Made by a program: the position numbers and the translations under genes. A DNA stretch of 64,000 nt from Bacillota bacterium (lineage in GTDB: Bacteria > Bacillota > Ch66 > Ch109), in assembly GCA_050952625.1 (NCBI GenBank), contig JBMNLH010000003.1:32001-96000 (forward strand). Direction: 5' to 3'. This document shows positions 58,832-64,000 of the stretch, one piece after another; position 1 is the first letter of the stretch, and each line of letters starts with the position of its first letter. Under the pieces are notes generated by a model that was not told where the DNA came from, did no database searches, and saw only the letters and a program-made list of their open reading frames with translations.

Positions 58832-59998
58832 CTACTCGGCAATCGGAATAACCGTCTTTACGGCAAACTGATTATCCTTCACTTCCAGAAGATAAACCGG
58901 ACTCTTGATTGGTTCGCGATTCGCATCAAAGGTAATGGTCCCGGTCACGCCATTCCAGTCTTTAGTTTGGGTTAGTTTCTCACGGTAGACGGTTGGATCG
59001 GCACTGCCGGCCGCTTTGATCGCATCCACTAACAGCATTACCGCATCGTAACCCTGAGCGGAAAACATATCTGGGATATTGTTGTTATTTTTCGCTTGAT
59101 AATTTTCAATAAACTCTTTAGTTTTACCGACTGCGTTGTTGGTATCGACCGCAAAACCGGTATAGACCATACTGCCTTCTACTGCAGCTTCGCCAATCTC
59201 ATAGAGTTCCTTGCCCAGCAGTCCGTCTCCCCCGACCATGACCTGGTTTAGACCCTGCTTGCGCATTTCCTTCATGAACAGGGCCCCCTCGTTATAGTAG
59301 CCGGTAAAGACCACTCCGTCGAATTGTTTTTGCGACATGGCCGTAACCTGCGCGCTGAAGTTGGTGTCCTTCTCCATAATGTTCTGCTCGGTCACGATTT
59401 CAATGCCGTATTTTGCCAATGCTTGCTGAAAGATTGGGGTCAGACTCTCACTGTAAGATAATCCGGTAGTGGTAACTAGGGCAACCTTTTTCCATTTCAG
59501 GTCTTCCGCCAAATATTTCGTTACAGCCGGGGCAGCCACTGCGTCCAGGAGGCAGTCCCGGAAGATATAATCACCTAATTCGACTACGCCGGTCCCTACC
59601 GCACCGGCTGACATTAACACCACTTTGTTGGCTTGACAGATCGGAGCGGCTAATTTGGTAATCCCAGTGGTGGGATCCCCGACTATCGCTGCTACGCCCT
59701 GAGTAATTAACTTTTGGGTCACACTAGCTGCTTCTGAAGAGTTACTGCCGTGGTCTCCCTCGATTATCTCCAATTTTTTACCCAGAAGACCGCCCGCTTT
59801 ATTGACGTCTTCCACTGCCATCTGCATGCCCTTCAAGGTTTCAATCCCGTAATGGGCATGATTGCCGGTCTTACCGCCCAGAAAACCGATCTTAATCGTC
59901 TCTTCTGCTTGGTTTTTAGGGCTCCCACAGCCGGTAGCAACCAGAGCCACCGATAATAAAATGGCTAACATCAAAATCAAGTACCGGTTTTTTCTCAA
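58832..59998 (-). CDS. livK: Branched-chain amino acid ABC substrate-binding lipoprotein
   Basis: Lipobox TGC; NKAGGLLG, GYDAV, GVTGTITFD. Confidence 0.85.
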   Translation of the reverse strand: MRKNRYLILMLAILLSVALVATGCGSPKNQAEETIKIGFLGGKTGNHAHYGIETLKGMQMAVEDVNKAGGLLGKKLEIIEGDHGSNSSEAASVTQKLITQGVAAIVGDPTTGITKLAAPICQANKVVLMSAGAVGTGVVELGDYIFRDCLLDAVAAPAVTKYLAEDLKWKKVALVTTTGLSYSESLTPIFQQALAKYGIEIVTEQNIMEKDTNFSAQVTAMSQKQFDGVVFTGYYNEGALFMKEMRKQGLNQVMVGGDGLLGKELYEIGEAAVEGSMVYTGFAVDTNNAVGKTKEFIENYQAKNNNNIPDMFSAQGYDAVMLLVDAIKAAGSADPTVYREKLTQTKDWNGVTGTITFDANREPIKSPVYLLEVKDNQFAVKTVIPIAE

Positions 59999-60218
59999 TT
60001 TTAATCCCCTGCCCCTTCTTAAAAATATAGCAACTATCCCTATGTCCTATGATCTTCTGTGATCTAACCTCTCTCTGCTTTCACCTCCTGTAAAGTTCAC
60101 TTATAAATAAAATAAAACACTTAAAATAACTATTTTCGACAAATCGAGATAATCTCCTGCCTATAGGTTAATGAATCGGTTATTTTTAAATTACAATCTA
60201 ATAGAGCCTATCAAGTCT

Positions 60219-61121
60219 CTAGATCGATGAATTATCCTGGGTCCGGTAGCCCAGAATAAAAATAAAAAGGCCCCCGATAATTATTAGCCCGCCGGCTATT
60301 TGCAGCCATCCCGGGGCTTCATGTAAGATAAGGCAGCCCAAAAGGGTTGCCCCCACCGGTTCGCCTAAAATGCTAACCGACACCACAGCCGCAGGGACAT
60401 AGCGCAATGCCCAATTAAAGACAACGTGCCCGAAAATTGTCGAAACTAAAGCTAAAGCAACAAACCACAACCAATCACTTGCCGGATAAGGATAAAGGGG
60501 AACGGACATTGTAAGAATAAAAATAAATAAAACAAAGGCAGCACTGCCGAAAACCAAAAATACGTAAGGAAACAAGGATAGCCGGCTTCGCAGTTCGCGT
60601 CCAAACAATAAATAAACAGCGACAAAAAAAGCCCCTAAAAACGCCAGCAGATCTCCCCAAAGGGCCATTCCTCCGAGTTGGAAATCTCCTGCTCCGACCA
60701 TGACGCTTCCCGTTAAAGCAACGAACGCCGCTGCAATCCCCCGAACGCTTATTTTTTCCTTTAATAATAAAAATCCGAGGGTGACGACAAATAAAGGCTG
60801 CATCGTCACCAAAACGGTGGAACTGGCAATCGACGTGTATTGGAGGGAAGTTATCCAGACTGCAAAATGGATGGCCAAGAAAACCCCGGCCAGCAACGCC
60901 ATGACCAGATCTCTGCCCCGGATGGTTTTTAATTCTGCCCGGCCGGATTGGTGGAGGGCTAAAGGTGCTAGGAACAGCACGGTGAAGGCGATACGATAAA
61001 AAGCAATGACCAAAGGTGGGGCAGTCGCCAAGCGGGTAAAGATGGAGGCAAAAGAAACCGCGCCCACAGCTAGGATCACTGCCAGATAAGGATTCATCCA
61101 GGGTTCCCTATGATCATCCAT
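60219..61121 (-). CDS. DMT/EamA family transporter
   Basis: About 10 TMs; HFAVWITSL, QPLF, EPVGA. Confidence 0.9.
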   Translation of the reverse strand: MDDHREPWMNPYLAVILAVGAVSFASIFTRLATAPPLVIAFYRIAFTVLFLAPLALHQSGRAELKTIRGRDLVMALLAGVFLAIHFAVWITSLQYTSIASSTVLVTMQPLFVVTLGFLLLKEKISVRGIAAAFVALTGSVMVGAGDFQLGGMALWGDLLAFLGAFFVAVYLLFGRELRSRLSLFPYVFLVFGSAAFVLFIFILTMSVPLYPYPASDWLWFVALALVSTIFGHVVFNWALRYVPAAVVSVSILGEPVGATLLGCLILHEAPGWLQIAGGLIIIGGLFIFILGYRTQDNSSI

Positions 61122-61178
61122 TTATTATTAACCGTTCCTTCCTTTATGGACAAATATCCCAAACAAGTTCCATACCTA

Positions 61179-61293
61179 ATGAATTCGTTCAGCTTCACTG
61201 AACATCGGGACTTTAGATGGAGACTCTACTCCACTTGAAGTTTAAACAAGGTAACCCCCACTAATAGAAGTGGGAGTCTTTTGATTTAGATAA
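61179..61293 (-). mobile_element. 115-bp three-hairpin element
   Basis: atgaattcgttcagcttcactgaac...aaggtaacccccactaatagaagtgggag...agataa. Confidence 0.85.
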
Positions 61294-61375
61294 ACTCCTC
61301 ACGTCACTTGAGGGGTCCTCTGAGCGCAATTACCCCGTGTTAGAGGAATCTCCACTGTGTTAATTACCAGAAAAC

Positions 61376-62140
61376 TTACTTACTATGACTCGCTTTGGTG
61401 GTTCCCGGCACAGCCAAGGCACAGGGACCAACCGCACATTTGCCACAAACATCACATAAGCCCAGGTCCGCAAAATAATCGTTTATCTTCAGCAACTGCT
61501 GATAACACTTGGCTTTATCGAGTCCCTCCAGGCGGAGAGCTTCGGTGGGACACAGGCGGGTACAAACGGCACATTTCCCTTCGCGGCGATGCAAACAGTA
61601 TTCCCGACTGGGAACCGGGGTGCTGGGCAATTCGCTATCTACCACCAAGCTGCCTAAGCGGCCGGCACAGCCCGCGGCGGTGATCAACATTTGGTTGAGC
61701 CCAAAGGTTCCTAAGCCGCAAAAATAAGCGACGTGTTTGTGTGACCAGTTGGCAATCAGCGTAGCATCAAAGTTATGGGTAGGCTGCTGCCAAGCCGCTT
61801 TGACCCCTTTTTGTTGCAGTTCTTCAACCAGAGTCGAACAAATACTACTAATCAACTGGTTAGTTTCGATATACGCCACCGCCCACTCCCGCGTAATGTC
61901 AGCCGCCTGGCGGTGTTGCCGGATTAATTCTTCGGAAAAGGGAACAAAAAAAGCCACCACCGAGCGGGCCTCCGGCAGCAGGTCGTGGGGTAGTAAATGG
62001 CCTGGACCAACGAGCTCCTTTAACCGCGCAAATCCAGGGTTGTCCGCTGCGGTCATTCCAACCAGCGGCGTCCGATAGGTGGTTTGCGTTTGAGATTGGT
62101 TAACCAATTCAACAATCATATTCCGGATAAAACTATGCAT
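61376..62140 (-). CDS. Epoxyqueuosine reductase-like 4Fe-4S protein
   Basis: WSHKHVA..GLG..G; CAVCTRLCP and CGKC. Confidence 0.75.
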   Translation of the reverse strand: MHSFIRNMIVELVNQSQTQTTYRTPLVGMTAADNPGFARLKELVGPGHLLPHDLLPEARSVVAFFVPFSEELIRQHRQAADITREWAVAYIETNQLISSICSTLVEELQQKGVKAAWQQPTHNFDATLIANWSHKHVAYFCGLGTFGLNQMLITAAGCAGRLGSLVVDSELPSTPVPSREYCLHRREGKCAVCTRLCPTEALRLEGLDKAKCYQQLLKINDYFADLGLCDVCGKCAVGPCALAVPGTTKASHSK

Positions 62141-62207
62141 CTAAATTACCCTGCCTTGTTCACTATGTATGAGTTGTTTTCGTCTCCATGAATAAAAGTA
62201 ATTAAAA

Positions 62208-62321
62208 GTGAACTCGTTCAACTTCGCTGAACATGAAGTATTCAGATGGAGCCTATACTCCACCTGAAGTTTTATCGAGGTAACCCCCACTCATGAAGTG
62301 GGAGTCTTTTGGTTCAGATAA
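62208..62321 (-). mobile_element. 115-bp three-hairpin element
   Basis: gtgaactcgttcaacttcgctgaac..ttcagatggag..ctccacctgaa..cccccact..agtgggag..ttcagataa. Confidence 0.85.
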
Positions 62322-62538
62322 GTAATAATCCTAAACATTGATCCCCTTTTTAAATTATAATTCAAGCTAACTGTCTATATTCGGCATATAATTTGTTTTT
62401 CCTGCAGGAAGACAGATCACTATCTTGTATCCCCAGGGCACTCACTACACCGACAACTAATAATAAATAGATAGCGGCCTGCATGGAAGCCAGTGTCTGC
62501 GTCAATTGCTTTAACCAGCCTTTCCTCCTAACAAATTA

Positions 62539-62566
62539 TTGACAAATCCAACCAATTGGCTATAAT
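62539..62566 (+). promoter_or_regulatory. Sigma-A promoter
   Basis: TTGACA-16-TATAAT. Confidence 0.65.
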
Positions 62567-62601
62567 AATATTACACATTAAATTCGTCAGTGGGTGATCC
62601 A

Positions 62602-63825
62602 ATGTATATCCCGCGTCATATGGAAACTACTCTTAAAACGATAGAAAAGATGTTTAGTGCCGTTATCGTTACTGGACCCCGTCAGGTGGGAAAAACAACG
62701 CTTCTGAAAAAGGTCAAGCCTGATACCCCTTATCTGACGCTAGACGATCCCTTGATGCTCCGCATGGCGATTGACGAACCAGGCACTTTTTTCAAGGCGG
62801 CTCCGCCTCCGGTTATCATTGATGAGGTCCAATATGCCCCCAACCTTTTCACCTATATAAAAATGTCCGTAGATGAGACCCACCGAAAAGGTCAGTTCTT
62901 TCTCTCTGGTTCCCAGCAGTTTCGACTGATGAAAAATGTTAGTGAATCGCTAGCTGGCAGGCTTGGAATTTTGGAACTGTTGGGGCTTTCCCTGCGTGAA
63001 ATCAATGGCGTCAGCTTCAATAAACCGTTCATCCCCATTCAGAAGTACTATAACGAACGCGGGAATGAGCTTGCACATCTAGACTACGATGATATCTGGG
63101 AAACCATTCATCGAGGCAGTATGCCCGAACTCCAGGCAAACAGAGATATTGACTGGCAGATGTTTTACGCAGCCTATACAAAGGCGTATATTGAACGGGA
63201 CGTGCGTGAGCTTACTCAGGTAGGTGATGAGGTAAAATTTATCAATTTCATGACCACGATCGCCGCCCGTACCGGCCAGCTGCTTAATTTGTCATCAGTC
63301 GCCCGTGATGTCGGGGTCAGTCAACCTACTGCTGACCGGTGGCTTTCGATCCTTCGGGCGTCAAACATCGTTTATTTGCTTCAGCCCTATTACACTAACA
63401 TAACCAAGCGGGCGATCAAGACACCAAAGTTATATTTTCTAGATACTGGGCTGGCGGCATACCTGACCCGTTGGAACACGCCGGAGGTCATTCGGCACGG
63501 TGCGATGGCCGGTGCTTTTTTTGAGACCTTTGTGATTGGCGAAATTATCAAGAGCTATTATAATTCTGGCATCATTGATCCACCGCTGTTTTTTTATCGA
63601 GACAAGGAACAGAATGAGATTGATCTGCTGATTTATCAAGACGGGACCCTGTATCCGATTGAAATCAAAAAACACGCTGATCCGAAACGTGAGGACACAT
63701 CAGCGTTCAGTGTGCTGGATAAGTTGGGTACAGTAAAACGCGGCCCGGGCGCGGTCATTTGCCTGTACGATAAGCTCTTTCCCCTCGGCGGCGACAACTG
63801 GGTCGTGCCGATAAAGTACCTCTAA
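62602..63825 (+). CDS. AAA_14 ATPase with DUF4143 (C-terminal nuclease-like) domain
   Basis: GPRQVGKTT, IDEVQ, SESLAGR, KTPKLYFLDTG, EIDL..PIEIK. Confidence 0.9.
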   Translation: MYIPRHMETTLKTIEKMFSAVIVTGPRQVGKTTLLKKVKPDTPYLTLDDPLMLRMAIDEPGTFFKAAPPPVIIDEVQYAPNLFTYIKMSVDETHRKGQFFLSGSQQFRLMKNVSESLAGRLGILELLGLSLREINGVSFNKPFIPIQKYYNERGNELAHLDYDDIWETIHRGSMPELQANRDIDWQMFYAAYTKAYIERDVRELTQVGDEVKFINFMTTIAARTGQLLNLSSVARDVGVSQPTADRWLSILRASNIVYLLQPYYTNITKRAIKTPKLYFLDTGLAAYLTRWNTPEVIRHGAMAGAFFETFVIGEIIKSYYNSGIIDPPLFFYRDKEQNEIDLLIYQDGTLYPIEIKKHADPKREDTSAFSVLDKLGTVKRGPGAVICLYDKLFPLGGDNWVVPIKYL

Positions 63826-63841
63826 AACAGGAATGATATAA

Positions 63842-64000
63842 TTATGAGAATGATGAGTATCTTCGCAAATAAGATTCAATATATTTATGTACTGCTGCCG
63901 CCGGCTCATATATCCCAAAATGCCCTTCGCAGAGTATGTCTGCCTCCAGGCTAAGTAGTCGTTGCATTGAGCTTCGCCATTGATTAAGATCTGATCCCCA
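63842..64000 (-). CDS. C-terminus of an MBL-fold metallo-hydrolase, partial
   Basis: Manual translation WGSDLNQWRSSMQRLLSLEADILCEGHFG...stop. Confidence 0.7.
   Translation of the reverse strand, partial: WGSDLNQWRSSMQRLLSLEADILCEGHFGIYEPAAAVHKYIESYLRRYSSFS

Noticed and set aside
5405-62321. The 115-bp repeats as a CRISPR array or integron attC sites
   Set aside because: They are dispersed in both orientations with no repeat-spacer periodicity, they flank core genes, and no cas or integrase gene is present.
62602-63825. Anti-phage defence system
   Set aside because: A widespread AAA_14/DUF4143 singleton with no partner defence genes nearby.

Overview
This 64 kb window is mostly core chromosome from an anaerobic, probably spore-forming Firmicute (Clostridia-like). 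Supporting signs are gerM-murI-rph-rdgB synteny, SLH proteins, T-boxes and many SigH-like promoters. It holds about 60 CDSs, mostly on the minus strand: housekeeping genes, an AAA+/VWA pair, phenylacetate-CoA ligase under a partially duplicated Phe T-box, a CHASE2 adenylate cyclase/SLH-FecR/Crp neighbourhood, 2-oxoacid:ferredoxin oxidoreductase subunits (delta subunit frameshifted), and Opu and Liv ABC systems. I found no rRNA, tRNA, CRISPR array or transposase. The intergenic DNA is dense in small structured repeats. These include about 11 copies of a 115-bp three-hairpin element with IS200/IS605-type ends, two other REP-like families, and heptamer runs on stop codons. The most unusual signal is one cis element in front of two unrelated genes (purC and opuCC). 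In both, a Shine-Dalgarno-like sequence is separated from the start codon by a covarying stem, which encloses a 10-nt loop at purC and a ~270-nt multi-hairpin domain at opuCC. This suggests a split, looped-out ribosome binding site. All family assignments come from reading motifs, not from database searches.
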